Assembly (NCBI RefSeq): GCF_001194135.2
Contig: NC_068994.1
Span: 43,068,960 to 43,132,959 of the forward strand
From: Octopus bimaculoides
Lineage: Eukaryota
Direction: 5' to 3'
Length of the DNA: 64,000 nt
Shown: piece after piece, positions 40,704 through 54,516 of the stretch
How the letters are laid out: every line of letters starts with the position of its first letter
Numbering within the stretch: the stretch's first letter is position 1
Position numbers and translations under genes: made by a program
The notes under the pieces: generated by a model
Database searches by the model: none
What the model was told of the DNA's origin: nothing
Seen by the model: the letters and a program-made list of their open reading frames with translations, nothing else

Positions 40704-40831
40704 ATCAAAGGTCTATTTGAAAGATGGAATAGAGGAATAGTGTTCATCAAAGTTAAAGCAATGAATGTATAGAGTGCTTATTGTGACTCACTTGACAACT
40801 GAACGGAAATACCATTTCTTCTTTCTTTGAT
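40704..40831. promoter_or_regulatory. Cluster of three TCF/LEF consensus sites plus an AP-1 site
   Basis: ATCAAAG 40704-40710, ATCAAAG 40746-40752, CTTTGAT 40825-40831 and TGACTCA 40784-40790, in repeat-free DNA. Confidence 0.35.
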
Positions 40832-42543
40832 ATCTTAATTACAAAAATCCGTAATGGCAGGAAGTCTTTTGTATTTGAATAGCAAGAATTACAACTGTAT
40901 TTTTGGTAGCCTTTTTTAGCTGCAACTAAATTATCTGCATCACTTTAGGAAAGTGAGCAGCAGTTCTCTTGATATCTTTCTTCTTTTCAAGTGTCTTTTA
41001 GCTGTCTTTCTGTTTCTCTTTTAAGAGGAATATTACAAAGAGATTGTCTGCTGTGATGGCAATATATATTGAGAGCAATCGCTGTGTCTGATGTCTTTGG
41101 TAGTTACCGGCACTGACCAACTATGATGCCAGAAATATGACACAAGAAGACAGAGAAAATGTTTGATTATAAAGATATGAAATATACTCCCAAAGAATTT
41201 ACTTCAACATGATATATTGTTACATATATTTGTGTTTATGTGTAAGATAGAGTGAAACAGTAAGAAAAAGAGAGGAAGAAATAGAGACAGAGAGAGAGAG
41301 AGAGAGAAAGAAAGAAAGAAAGAAAGAAAATAGTAGTGGGTATACATATTTAAAGATCTATCTCTCAACTTATCTCTGTATGTGTACATACACATCTAGT
41401 TTTCTCTCTAACTTCATTATATTTACACAAGTGTTGGTGCATATATTTTATGTGTATGAGTATGTATAATTTATTGTGCAGGTAAGAAAGTACAGATATA
41501 TATGTATGTGCATGTGCAGACATGTGTATGAGAGTGAATGTATGTGTATGTATGTATGTATGTATTTATGCTACTATCTGTGAGTAATTATGTGTACAGT
41601 TATTTGCTAGAATGTGTATGTATGAAAGTGTAATAAATTTATACATGTAAAGAAAGTCATGCACAAGATACAAGGTGAATGCAATGAATGTGAAATATGG
41701 AGTAGAATGTAATAAAGCTGATCTTTCTGTGTTGAAAGCTGTCCTGTGATGTATGATAGAGGAGGAGCCAGTCATTAGTTCAACATAAGGAAAATAACTG
41801 GAAGGTATTGACAGGAGTGGCTGGACACAGATGCTAAGGTTATCAAATTGGCCAGATTATTGATTTGGCTGCAGTTCAACTAATACAACAGTTTAAACAA
41901 GTATTTCAACTCTAGTGCTACAACTGAAAAATCTATATGTACAATAACAAAATTTTTGAATCCTTCCGCCAAAATTCCTTAAAGAAGAATTTGAAGGAGT
42001 TATCATCATTAACACAATCCTATCACCCAAAACTTACCCCTGCCACAATCTCAGTAATAAAATTCATTCATAAAATCTGGAAGTAAAATATATTAATTCT
42101 CTTTACTCAGAATTTCTTTACCTGCCAAACAAGGCAAAAACAAGGTTGTCTTTGTTTTTCAGTAGTTATTTTATTATTATTAATGTATTTTTTTAATGAT
42201 GAAGAAGTGAGTGCAAGTGAGAGGTGCAAACTGGTTATTGAGAAAAAAGTTCTTTTCCCTTAATTTCATTTACCAGAATGCTAAAAGCACATGTAGCTTA
42301 TTGAAGTATTAGGTTATGGTATTAAGTTGTACTGTCTTAATCCCATATCTTAACCACCTGACAGTGAACAGGTCATAGCACTATGTAGAAAGGATCTGAT
42401 ATTGACTACAACATAAGTGATTTAGAAAGAGCTGAGTTATTTATTAACTGAAACTATCAGTGCATATGCTTAGTTTTGACAAACATGACTCTTCCAAAAT
42501 GCATCAACTGTTTTAGCATATAATTTCAGATCAAACTGCATTG

Positions 42544-42587
<44 letters not shown>

Positions 42588-42597
42588 NNNNNNNNNN

Positions 42598-42633
<36 letters not shown>

Positions 42634-42649
42634 TTATATATCATCATTA

Positions 42650-43065
42650 TAATCAATTTAATGTCCACTTTTCCATGCTTGCAGGGGTCAGGTGGAACTT
42701 AGTCAATCAGGTTTTCTATGGTTGCATGCCCTTTTCATCACCAGCCCATACCTGTTTTCAAACAAAGTAATATTTCCCCATGGCCTGACATGAATCTGCA
42801 GAATATTAAAAATAAATGACGTTCATTTACAACATTCACACAATGTCAGGACAAGGTGACACAGACAGACACATATTTACACTCACACATATACATATAT
42901 ATAATGAACTTCTTTCAGTTTCCCCTCTACCAAATCCACCCACAAGTCTTTGGTCAGCCTGGGCTACAGCAAAAAACTCTTCCCCAAGGTGCCATGCAAT
43001 AGGACTGAACCCAAATCCATGTGTTTGGAAATCAAACTTTTTAACCATCACACAGCCACACTTGT
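42650..43065 (-). mobile_element. Family-C tail (42650-42850) and family-B head/CORE (42905-43065)
   Basis: tttaatgtccacttttccatgcttg (reverse of the RTE-type tail). ctttcagtttccc...ttccccaaggtgccatgcaataggactgaaccc...accatcacacagccac. Confidence 0.7.
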
Positions 43066-43081
43066 ACCTATGTGTGTGCAT

Positions 43082-43112
<31 letters not shown>

Positions 43113-43589
43113 CATGTGTGCAGACATACGTATATACATACATGCATGCATGTATGTATGTATATATGTATGTTTGTGTGTATGTATATACATTGCATGT
43201 ATGTATATACGTTGCATGTATGTATGTATGTTGTATGTATGTGTGTATAATATATATGTTGGTAGACATTGAGATGAATAATAAAATCATGAATCAAATA
43301 AAAAAAAAACATATATACATGTAGATGATCATAATAACATTGATGATGATGACCGTGATGATGATGATCATGATATAGAGAGAGAAAGATATGAAAGGAG
43401 AGTCAGAGAAAAGAAGAGAAGCAGAAAGAAACAGAGTAAAGGAAAATATACTTCTGCGAATATATTATTGTCTGTTAAACAATGAGAACAGATAAGTCGG
43501 TAAGATAAACATACTGGATGGTTAATATTGGTTTCTTACATAGCAGACAAAACACCCATATTTGGGAGAAGGCAACAATGAATCAGTTT

Positions 43590-44105
43590 TGTTGTTTTCA
43601 GTATTTTATTGGTACTTGTTTTATATATCCCTGAAAGGGGAATGGTGAAGTGAACGTGGGTAGGATATCACTGCAGAATATAGAGTCCTCAACAAAATAC
43701 CATAAGAAATTTTGTCTGGTGCTTACAATTTCTTCCAATGTACTTTACTTTTATCTGATTTCTTACAGAATCTTGCTTAAAATTTATGAATGCTGTATTG
43801 ATTTCTAATAGACACAAGTCTACAAATTTTTATGGGGAGGAATGTAGTGGATTAAATCAACTTCAGGGCATGATTAGTATTTTGTTTTATTGATTCCCCC
43901 AGAAAAATGGAAAGCAAAGTTGACCCTGACAAGATTTGAACTCAATACATAACAGATTGTAACTAAATCTGCCACTCTTGAAATCCTGCCAAGCTAATAT
44001 TGATTTCTAATGTAGGAGTAAAGTTTTTAAACTCAGACAATGGATGCAGTCAATTATGTCAACGCCTTTTTCAAGTCTGGTACTTTAATTCATCAACTTT
44101 AGAAG
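43590..44105 (-). mobile_element. Second tandem group of 3 decayed family-A SINEs
   Basis: Repeated ggtact(t/g)...ttt(t/a)at..., ggaaagcaaagttgaccctgacaagatttgaactc and ggtactttaattcatcaac blocks, all on the - strand. Confidence 0.55.
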
Positions 44106-44111
44106 AATTAA

Positions 44112-44325
44112 CCCTTTAGCATTCAGATTACTCAATAAAATGTAAGGCTTATTTATTCACATTGTTTTTGAACTAATCAGGCATTATCTCATAATTTCAA
44201 AAGTTTGATGAAGTTATTGTTTATTTTAAGAATGTCATTGTAGGTTAGATGTAAGAGGCCTGGTCTGGATAATTCAAACATAAAACAGACGGAATGTTTG
44301 AGCCTTATTTGGTCAGTTTAAAAGT
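44112..44325. mobile_element. Second copy of the TTAA MITE (right end decayed)
   Basis: TTAA|ccctttagcattcagatta...aatcaggcatta...gtcattgtagg...cataaaacaga aligns with 29968-30193. Confidence 0.6.
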
Positions 44326-44712
44326 TATCTCCTTTGCTTCTATCATCTAGATTGTAAACTCAACTATTAATTGCATAATCTCAATCAATCAAATTTTTTC
44401 AACTCACTCTATTAAATACATGCTACCAAACATGCATTTAGCATTCAAAACGCTCTCTTGAGGTACATTCAGTCAACCATATTGTTAATATTAAAGGTGC
44501 TCCAGCATGGACCATTCCATGATTAGTTGTTCTTTTGGGACTTGAAAGTTGATACATCTCTCAAAGCTGCTGACCATTTCCCAAAGAATTACAAACCTAG
44601 TCTCCTTGTTGAAGGAGAACATTTTCAGCGTTTAGCTTGAGTATAGAAAATTTTGATGGCTTTAATCATCTTCATCATCATCATCATCATCATCATCAAA
44701 ATTTCCTTATAT

Positions 44713-45110
44713 AGACACAAGCATAGCTGTGTGGTTAAAAAGCTTGCTTTGTAATCTCTTGCTCTCCAATTTGATCCCACTGCTTGGAACCTTGGGCAAA
44801 TGTCTTCTACTATATATAGTTCAGGGCCATCTGATGCCTTGTCAGTAAATTTTGTAGACAAAGGCTGTGGAAGCATGTTATATATATGTATGTGGGTGTG
44901 TGTCTTTGTCAGTATTTGTGTACCTTCCCAGCTAGTGTTGGTTTGTTTACATCACTGTAACTTAGTGGTTTGGTATAAGAAACCAATTGGATAAATACCA
45001 GACTTCAAAAATAATAAATACTGGAGTTGATCTGTTTGAATAAAACCCTTCAAGGCAGTACTCCAGCATGGCCACAATCTAATGACTGCACCAATTAAAA
45101 CATAAAAGAA
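44713..45110 (+). mobile_element. Full-length family-B SINE
   Basis: Head, CORE (ggaaccttgggcaaatgtcttctactat) and the 3' block aggcagtactccagcatggccacaatctaatgactg. Confidence 0.8.
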
Positions 45111-45611
45111 GACTTGCAAAATGTCTCTCACTTTGATTTTTTTTTGTTTTTTGTTATATATTTGTTATTGTATAACAATTTATGTGCAATAATTGTACAA
45201 TAACTGCATCTCTATAATATCAATGGTTTAGAAGTAATAATATACATTATTCAGATCGCATACAAAATATTACAAAATTATTGATTATGATATTATGTAA
45301 TATTTCAGTATGATGTCATACAGACCCACAGATTTATAAAGGAAGTACACAATATTGGTTTCTGGAGCCCCAAGTGTACAAGAGATAATTCTTTTCATAA
45401 ATAAGACATTTGATTATCACTGATAATTTTACCAGAATATTATTTCAGGTCAACATTAATAAAATTTATTATATAAGGCAATATTTCTGTTTGTTTAGAA
45501 TAAGTGAACATTGACAATTTGGGTAAAGCCCTTCTTCAAAGAACAGAAAATTATCACTACAAACCATGGAAAACTCATCAATTATACAGTACCTCTGTAG
45601 TTACTGGGTAA

Positions 45612-45740
45612 ATTGCATAGTGGTCAATGGTGTTACTCTCGCAATCATGCGATTGTGTTTTCGATTTCTAGACTGGCTATGCATTGTATTATTTCATGTT
45701 GTTCCAGTCCACCCAGCTGTAAATCGGTATACAGGGGTGT
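45612..45740 (+). mobile_element. Decayed tRNA-derived SINE of a further type
   Basis: A-box-like catagtggtc, a B-box-like gttttcgatttc and the block ccagtccacccagctgtaaatcggta typical of conserved SINE central domains. Confidence 0.4.
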
Positions 45741-46459
45741 AAGATGGTGACTCGGGAAAATCACCTGAATGGAGGCCTCATGAGCCACGTTTTGTATTCA
45801 GTGACCAAAAGAATGATAGTACAACCTCTACTGTGAATCCCAACTGGTTGGGATTGGTTGTTCAATCATGTAGAAGGTTGATTGATTGACTGAATGTAGG
45901 AAGGTGAACTAACAACGAAATGGGTCCATGAACAAATTAATGTTAAAGACATGTTCAAATTTCTAAAATCAATGAAACACGTCCAGAGGATATGGAACAA
46001 TAGGTGGACAAAACAAAAAGCAAAAACTAATAGCCTGGATTATGAATGAGAGAGAAACAAGAAAAGGAACAGTGGATAACACTGAACAGATAGAAGGATT
46101 ATTTAGATAAATTTCACAAAAAATTTAAGAAAAGGAATTCAAAATCAAAAATTAACGAAATATAACCAAGGCCTTGGAGAAGTGATAACTGATGTGATTG
46201 ACTGAATTTAAGCAGTTTAGAGATTCTGAGAGAAACACAAGACACTTGTTGTGGATAGGATGTGAAATGATGATCTGACAAACAGACTGACAACCTGTCA
46301 ATCTGGGCTGCCATAGTTCATATTGTGTAGCAGGGAATATAGACGTCAAAAAAGAGAATAAATTACATTGTACTATGTCGCATGGAGAGGAAAATAATTC
46401 AAGCAATAACGATTGTTTACAGAGAAGATAATAATTCATGTGCAATGTAGACAGAGTAA

Positions 46460-46824
46460 AGCATTTAGGTACTGTATGGTAAGAAGCATGCTTCTCAGCC
46501 ACATGATTCTTGGTATGGTCTCATGGCATGGCACCTTGGGTAAGTGGCTGCTACTAGAGTCCCAGGCTGACCAAAGCCTTATGAGTGGAAACTGAAAGAA
46601 GCTCATGGTATATATATCTTTATGCTTGACCATAAAGATATCTATATGGCTCCTTTATATCATATAGTTTAGCAGCTCAGCAAGGAGACTGATAATGTAA
46701 GCACCAGACTTTTTAAAAAAGGATTACGATCAATTTTTTCAGCTAAATCCCTTCAAGGTGTTACCTCAGCATGGCTGCAATCCAATGATTGAAACAAGTA
46801 AAAGATGAAAGATAAATAAAAGAA
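46460..46824 (+). mobile_element. Family-B SINE
   Basis: ggtaagaagcatgcttctcagccacatg...ggcaccttgggtaagtg...gaccaaagccttatgagtgg...cagcatggctgcaatccaatgattgaaacaagtaaaaga. Confidence 0.8.
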
Positions 46825-49186
46825 CTATAATGGTGACAGGAAGAGTCATGTGCAGATGAGTCAACCTAGTGTTAGTCAGCATTGCCAAAGACTGAGCAAT
46901 TTGTCACAGTCAAAGCACCATGTCACTGACAAAGATACACAACACTCAATGCCAATTCTACATTGAGATAAAAAAGAAAAAAAGTACACTGTATTTTGTG
47001 CAAGTGCAGTATACTGACCTAATCAATGAGATTTAGAGCTCAAATTTACCACTGAGTATAGAAAATGCAATGGGCAACCCTATTTTTTTATTAGGCTCTT
47101 AACTCACTGTATGAATGAAATTGCAACCAACACTTCTAATAACAATAGGCTATTGAGTATTACTTGCCTACAGTGGTTTATATAGCAGTACAATGATTCT
47201 CAGTATAATGGCTGGTAATGTTGGATCATAGCTAGATGTGAACTAAATATTTTACTATACTTTCAGTCTGGTGACATACCAAAAATCTACTGAGGAATAA
47301 ACACATTTATTCATCCCATATTGTACTTTACATTTCATCTAAGCATTCATTCTGTTTGGGGAATTACAGAGAATTTCTTTAAGCGTTGATAAATTATTCT
47401 GCAAAATTGTTCTCGGGCAAAAGTCATATAAAGTATTCTTAATAAAATTATGCAAGTGTGTTTCAGCTTTATGGAACAATATATTCATTCTGTTTTTGTA
47501 AGATGTGCATATTTAACCTCTTCAGAGCTTCCCACCAACTATCTTCTGTGCATTGTCTAAGATATTCCAATCATTGTCAGAGGTCAAGGGATGAAAATAG
47601 TGTTCAAAATAGAAACAAACAGGTTTAACATAGACATAAATTATCTGTAACCTTTATGTCCCAAGCCAATAATGCACAAAATCATCTAGCCAGAAATGTT
47701 CATAGCATCATTCATACTGTTCAATATGTCAGTCAGTGAATGGTTGTTCATATTTTCACTGATTTTTAGTTTCTCTTATATATATATATATATATATATA
47801 TNNNNNNNNNNNNNNNNNNNNNNNNNNNNNNNNNNNNNNNNNNNNNNNNNNNNNNNNNNNNNNNNNNNNNNNNNNNNNNNNNNNNNNNNNNNNNNNNNNN
47901 NNNNNNNNNNNNNNNNNNNNNNNNNNNNNNNNNNNNNNNNNNNNNNNNNNNNNNNNNNNNNNNNNNNNNNNNNNNNNNNNNNNNNNNNNNNNNNNNNNNN
48001 NNNNNNNNNNNNNNNNNNNNNNNNNNNNNNNNNNNNNNNNNNNNNNNNNNNNNNNNNNNNNNNNNNNNNNNNNNNNNNNNNNNNNNNNNNNNNNNNNNNN
48101 NNNNNNNNNNNNNNNNNNNNNNNNNNNNNNNNNNNNNNNNNNNNNNNNNNNNNNNNNNNNNNNNNNNNNNNNNNNNNNNNNNNNNNNNNNNNNNNNNNNN
48201 NNNNNNNNNNNNNNNNNNNNNNNNNNNNNNNNNNNNNNNNNNNNNNNNNNNNNNNNNNNNNNNNNNNNNNNNNNNNNNNNNNNNNNNNNNNNNNNNNNNN
48301 NNNNNNNNNNNNNNNNNNNNNNNNNNNNNNNNNNNNNNNNNNNNNNNNNNNNNNNNNNNNNNNNNNNNNNNNNNNNNNNNNNNNNNNNNNNNNNNNNNNN
48401 NNNNNNNNNNNNNNNNNNNNNNNNNNNNNNNNNNNNNNNNNNNNNNNNNNNNNNNNNNNNNNNNNNNNNNNNNNNNNNNNNNNNNNNNNNNNNNNNNNNN
48501 NNNNNNNNNNNNNNNNNNNNNNNNNNNNNNNNNNNNNNNNNNNNNNNNNNNNNTATATATATATATATATATATATATCTTACTGTGTTTACTGTTATAA
48601 AACGTAGATGTGATCTAAACCACCAAATCTCAGATCTATCATTGTAGAACAAATGAAGCTTGTAACAAATGTTTCTTCTCAGAATCTTTATCGCAGAATC
48701 TTTAGTTTTTATGGACATAATTCATTAAAACTCATTTTTGGAGGGATATTTTAGAGATAGATTTGGCAATCAAATTTTTTTTTTCTTTTGAATTGTTATT
48801 CTTTTGTCTGAACTTTATTTTTATTTTTTAAGTAACTTAACATGTTTTTATTTATCTTGTCACATTCTTCATCATGTTTTACTTACCGAGAAAAGCATTT
48901 AAAACAAACACAAACACACATATACACATCATAACATATGCACACATGCTTATACACACGCATACACATACACACACACATGTGTGTGTGTGTGTATTTA
49001 TAAATATCTATCATTATCTATCTATATATATTTATAAACATAAACATTAAAATTTTACTTTCCATTTCTTTTAAATTTTGAAACCATTATGTTCTTTGTC
49101 TGATGAATGTTATGGCATTTTAAACTGGTGGTAAATGAATCTAATTTACAATGATATTCACTGGCTATACATATACATATACATAT

Positions 49187-49237
<51 letters not shown>

Positions 49238-50719
49238 AGTATACATGCATACAGTATATATGTGCATACACATATATATATATGCATATGTGTACATGTA
49301 TATGTATATACATATACATTACATATGCATATATATATGTATGTATGTATATATGTATATATGTGTGTATATATATATATTTGTGTATACACACACACAA
49401 GCATACACACACATACACACACACATACACACACACACACATATATATGAATGAACAAGCATACACACATGCATATACGTGCATAATTATGTATGGGGAG
49501 AGTTGTGGGGGAGTTTATGTCCGTGTAGATATGAGCAGAATATTTTGCATATTAAGTGATGCTTTAGATGAGAAATAGGATCGATGTACAACATATATAA
49601 TGTCATGTTAGGGAAAGGAGTTTTACATAGATGCTTACATAAGAGCATCATGGGATACACATCATCTGGGCAGATAATTAATTAAATATTATATAGTTAA
49701 TTAAAAGGACTATTAAAAGTATTGTTAATGCTAAGAACTACTACAGTTCAATAAGAGAATTTAAACAGGAATTGAATTTATCGAAGTAATATTCTTAAAC
49801 TAAACAGATGCAATCAACACAATACACATACTGGTAGGAATATAATATGACTCACATGATAAATACATCATATTCAGGATTAGGTAGCAAGGGGGATATT
49901 ATAAGCGATACCCCATAATCTGATAAATAATATGATATTTAAAGGAAATATTTATTTCTAATATATTTACTATATATGACAATAGAAATGGGATTATTTT
50001 ATGTTTATGCTTCATTTTATAAGAAGAAGCATTGGAACTGGGACAGCTTTTACTAACAATCAAAGCTAGGCTGCCATACAGACTTGCATTGCTTAAGCCT
50101 GAATTTCAATCATGTTACAAATGACAATGTGTGTGTGGGGGGGATGCTATTTCACTTCATTTGCTTTACCTTTTTTTCTTTTTATGATGGCAGTGGTGGC
50201 GGTGGTGGTGGTGGATTTTTGCCCAGTTTACAGTTCCTGGGGTATTTGGCATTGTTGGTATGAGCAATTGTTGGTGTTTATTCCTAGCTCAGCATTGACC
50301 TATGACAAAATGCATTCACAACCTGACATCATTATCACCATCACTACCATCATCACCACCACCACCACCACCACCACCACCACCACCACCACCACNNNNN
50401 NNNNNTTACCACGTAACTTACAAAGTAAGAAAAATAAGCTTGCAAAAAAGAAAGTGGAAATAGAGTGGTTGGAGGAAAAGAAAAAAAAAGCCCCCTTGAC
50501 TGTATTGAGGAGAATTAGTATTCGAGGGGATGAGGGGCAAGAGGTTAGAGTATTGTGAAAGAAGAAGCCTAGTAGAAGCTGAGTAGCTAGAAGGCTAGTA
50601 AGTAGACAGAAGTGGTGGTAGGATGTAGAAGCAGCTCAAGATATAGTGTATCATGAGAGCAGAGATAGAGGGGAATAAATGGGGTTGAGATGCATGTGGC
50701 ATGTGATAGTGAGAGATAT

Positions 50720-51135
50720 GCTTTCACACAGATTCTATCTACCAGATTCACTCACAAGTTATTGGTCATCCCAGTGGGTGAATAGAAGGCATTTGCAAAA
50801 GGCCTGAATGCAATCATGTGCTTGCATAATGAGCTTTTTAACTATACAACCATGCCTGGACATAATTAACCCTTTTGATATCAACTGACCTGAGACTGAC
50901 CAGAGACTGACCTTCTTTGTGTGTGTTTGTCCTCCATCACTACTTGACAACCGGTGTTGGTGTGTTTATGTTTCTATAATTAGCAGTTTAGCAAAAGAGA
51001 TCGATAAAATAAGTAAGCAGCTTTAAAAACAAAAATAAGCCCCAGGGTTGATTTGTTCGACTAAAACCCTTCGAGGTGATGCCCCAGTGTGGCCACAGTC
51101 AAATGACTGAAAGAAGTAAAAGAATAAAAGAATAG
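50720..51135. mobile_element. Family-B SINE 5' half (-) joined to a 3' half (+)
   Basis: 50720-50858 is the reversed head and CORE. 50922-51135 is the forward 3' half. The spacer begins ttaacccttttgat. Confidence 0.6.
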
Positions 51136-51627
51136 ATGGTCTGTGGGAGTGATGAGTTAATGAAGATTTGGCTGCTATTGCTAGCATGTTAGATGGCGAT
51201 ATAATGGTTCCCTCGCTGGTTGATTGCAGAAATATAGAGCCTTAAAGTGACATACTATGAAACCCTTTATAATCTAATAAATAAATGCAAAAACTAATTT
51301 CTGTGTGTCAGTGTGTCACAGTTAGACCCTCCTTATAATGTTAAATGTTTTTCAAACTAGATGTTGTTAGAATATATAAATACAACAGAGAGACAGAAAT
51401 CTTAGATGACAGAGTTGGTGGTATTTATGCTGCACAAATAGTATTTATTAATATATTATTAATTTTATCAGTGTGTTAATTATATTTTACTTAAATAACA
51501 ATATATTTAGTTCGTTTTAAACAAGTAAAATGTAAGGAAACGCACAAAATTCATCTAATTACAATATATTTATGTGAGCATATTTGTTTGTGTATGTATG
51601 TGCATATACTTACTCACATACACATGC

Positions 51628-51676
<49 letters not shown>

Positions 51677-51926
51677 NNNNNNNNNNNNNNNNNNNNNNNN
51701 NNNNNNNNNNNNNNNNNNNNNNNNNNNNNNNNNNNNNNNNNNNNNNNNNNNNNNNNNNNNNNNNNNNNNNNNNNNNNNNNNNNNNNNNNNNNNNNNNNNN
51801 NNNNNNNNNNNNNNNNNNNNNNNNNNNNNNNNNNNNNNNNNNNNNNNNNNNNNNNNNNNNNNNNNNNNNNNNNNNNNNNNNNNNNNNNNNNNNNNNNNNN
51901 NNNNNNNNNNNNNNNNNNNNNNNNNN

Positions 51927-51966
<40 letters not shown>

Positions 51967-52653
51967 AAACATGCTGACTCATATATACGCACACGCATAA
52001 TGTAGATTCCTTTCAGAAATTATCAGTGAAACAAATTGCAAATTAAGTGTAAATTTTGAAGAAATCTTTGGAAAGAGAAAATGATAAATCATTTTTCAGT
52101 GATAAAGTTGCAATAAAATATAAATCTTAACGTTAGAAGTAGGCTATAAACCACTCAGAAAGCTATACCAACAAATTAAATTAGCTAAAAACATTGTCGA
52201 TGAAAGAGAAGGTGAATATTTGACGATGAATCTGTCTTTTGCAAAAAGAAAAAATAGAAAAAATTGCAAGCAGTAACTATGAGCATGCCATACTTTCAAC
52301 AATGCAATTTAAAGGGAAGACAATGTTTTAGCAATATTAGGTGTTGAAATTTTCTATGAGAAATGTCATTCATTTACTGCTAATCTCTCCTACTGAAGCT
52401 TAGAGAAATTAGATTTCTCTAACATGAACATTAAGAGAGATAACAAGCAAGGTGAAAAAAAAAACTGCTGTCATGAAGAATAGAATAGAATCAATCATTA
52501 AATCCATATAAAGAGAAGAAATTACAAAATAATATATCTGCGAAAGATCACTTCAAAGATATGTTAAGATGTTACTGGCTCTAGTAAATGTGTGTGCATA
52601 TGTGTAAGTGTCTATGTAAGCATATATGTGTGTGCATGTATGGATGCATGTAT

Positions 52654-52703
<50 letters not shown>

Positions 52704-53012
52704 TTTAATATATGAATATATATAGGTATTTATATATATGTATATATATGTGTGTATGTATATATATGAATATATATACACATGCATATATTATGTATAT
52801 CATATATATATTAGTGTGTGTGTGTATGTGTGTATACATGCATATATATATATATATATATATATATGGGCATAAATATTTTATGAAAGTCACTCAAAGG
52901 CTGAAATTCTGTGGTGACACTCATTGCATTGAAACTAATATAAAAGCAGACATATTCATGTGTTGAGTTCTGTTTCCTCTGTTTGTTCAACATATGTGTG
53001 TGCGTGTATATA

Positions 53013-53097
<85 letters not shown>

Positions 53098-53284
53098 CAT
53101 TGTTCAGTTTTATTTCACAATTTCTTGCCAATAGAGAAAAAGCGAGTTTCTAACCTAGATTCAAGGCTCCTTCATTGGAATTTCAGCATCAACAACAGAG
53201 TATTTTTGTTTGTATGTATGTATATGTTTTGCTTCATACATGTATTCTTGTTTATATAGTTGCATATCTAGACATATATATATT

Positions 53285-54240
53285 TAGATGAAAATTTCTG
53301 GTATGTTTTATAGATTTTTATAGTTCCAATGATGAAATGGATCAGTAGTCTTTAGATTAGCTTTTTTCTTTTTGGTTTGGAGGAGCCTAATTTCTCAAGA
53401 TTGGTGTTTAGGCAGCATGTTACATATCCCAGCACCCCAATAATTAGTAGTATAAGCCTGAACCTGTAATCTGGATAGAGTAACTGCAGATTTCTCAATA
53501 GTTCAGCGTAGGTATTTTCTTTTACACTGACATTCAGCCTTATGTTAACATCTGCTGGGCAGCTAATTTCCACAACTGTGCAGTCTCTCTTCTCTAGCCC
53601 AAATCATTATATCAGGTCTATTGTAATTAGAATTTATTGAGGTCTTCACTGGTACATGCCACCTGTACTCCTTTTTATTATGAGTGGCTATGACTTATCC
53701 CATACTGTGGGTTCTTATTTCTTTGTCCTCGGGGATATCCTTCCAATGGATTTCGTTATTGAGTGTCCTAGCTACAGCATCATGTCTCATCGGTAGATAA
53801 TACTCTGATGACATTTTCAGACAACTGCTTATGATGTAGGTGATATCTTCAGTGTTAACTCCATAAAGTCTGCATCGGTTGTCACATTTTACTGCTTTGC
53901 CTGCATCTCTATTCCTTTTGTGCATCAGGTACTTGGTTGATATTTTCTGCTCCTGGATTGCAAACACACAGCCTTCAAAATGGGAGGTAGTAATCCAGCT
54001 ATTGGTACATGATAAACTACTTTGATGATCGATGTTACTATCATCTCAGAGCTTTCTACTAACACAACCATGCATAGTCTTCTGCTCATATAGGCTCATC
54101 CTTTCATCTGGTGATACATTGCAGTAGAGCTGTGCAGCTTCTTTGGACATGTATCCTAGGTTATCTGAAAAGAATGTTGCTCGAGGAGCTGCCTTCCAAG
54201 TCTTATGATGTTATCAGCCTCATGTATGCAAACTTGGTCA
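53285..54240 (-). mobile_element. R4/Dong/Rex6-like RLE non-LTR retrotransposon, 3' part (zinc knuckle and restriction-like endonuclease), decayed
   Basis: QKTMHG..SHFEGCVFAIQEQKISTKYL, CDNRCRLYG..EDITYIISSCLKM..YYLPMRHDAVA (CCHC knuckle), NRPDIMIW, EISCPADVN..KENTYAEL (PD-(D/E)xK type) and IGTIKIYKT. Confidence 0.85.
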
Positions 54241-54244
54241 AGGG

Positions 54245-54515
54245 ATGCACTTCAACACTTGGTGGTTAAAGGATGTTGCCGAAGGGATATGGTGTAATGT
54301 TCAAAGATACTCTGGGATAAATATAAACGACACTCCTACAATCGAATACTTAGGTATCAGCACAGAATATAATCAGTGGAACTTTCCTTCAAAAATTTCT
54401 GCCAAGTGCAAACATAATAGATCTGACATAGTTATCGGGGACAAAAAGATTATAGTCATGAATAGTTGCAGACATTAGATATCCCATAGATGTGACAATT
54501 GTGCAAGAAGGAGAA
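54245..54515 (+). mobile_element. Second, divergent R4-like RLE fragment in the opposite orientation
   Basis: KDVAEGIW..EY...WNFPSKISAKCKHNRSDIVIGDKK covers the same RHD.VA to NRPDI interval as the adjacent copy. Confidence 0.65.
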
Positions 54516-54516
54516 T

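Noticed and set aside
44520-44640. Short protein-like reading DLKVDTSLKAADHFPKNYKPSLLVEGEHFQRLA*
   Set aside because: Weak acceptor, opposite strand to the inferred gene and no recognisable family.
48584-48640. Minus-strand exon ending at ACA|GTAAGA (SEIWWFRSHLRFITVNT)
   Set aside because: The acceptor is ambiguous and the donor abuts a (TA)n/gap; it cannot be distinguished from chance.
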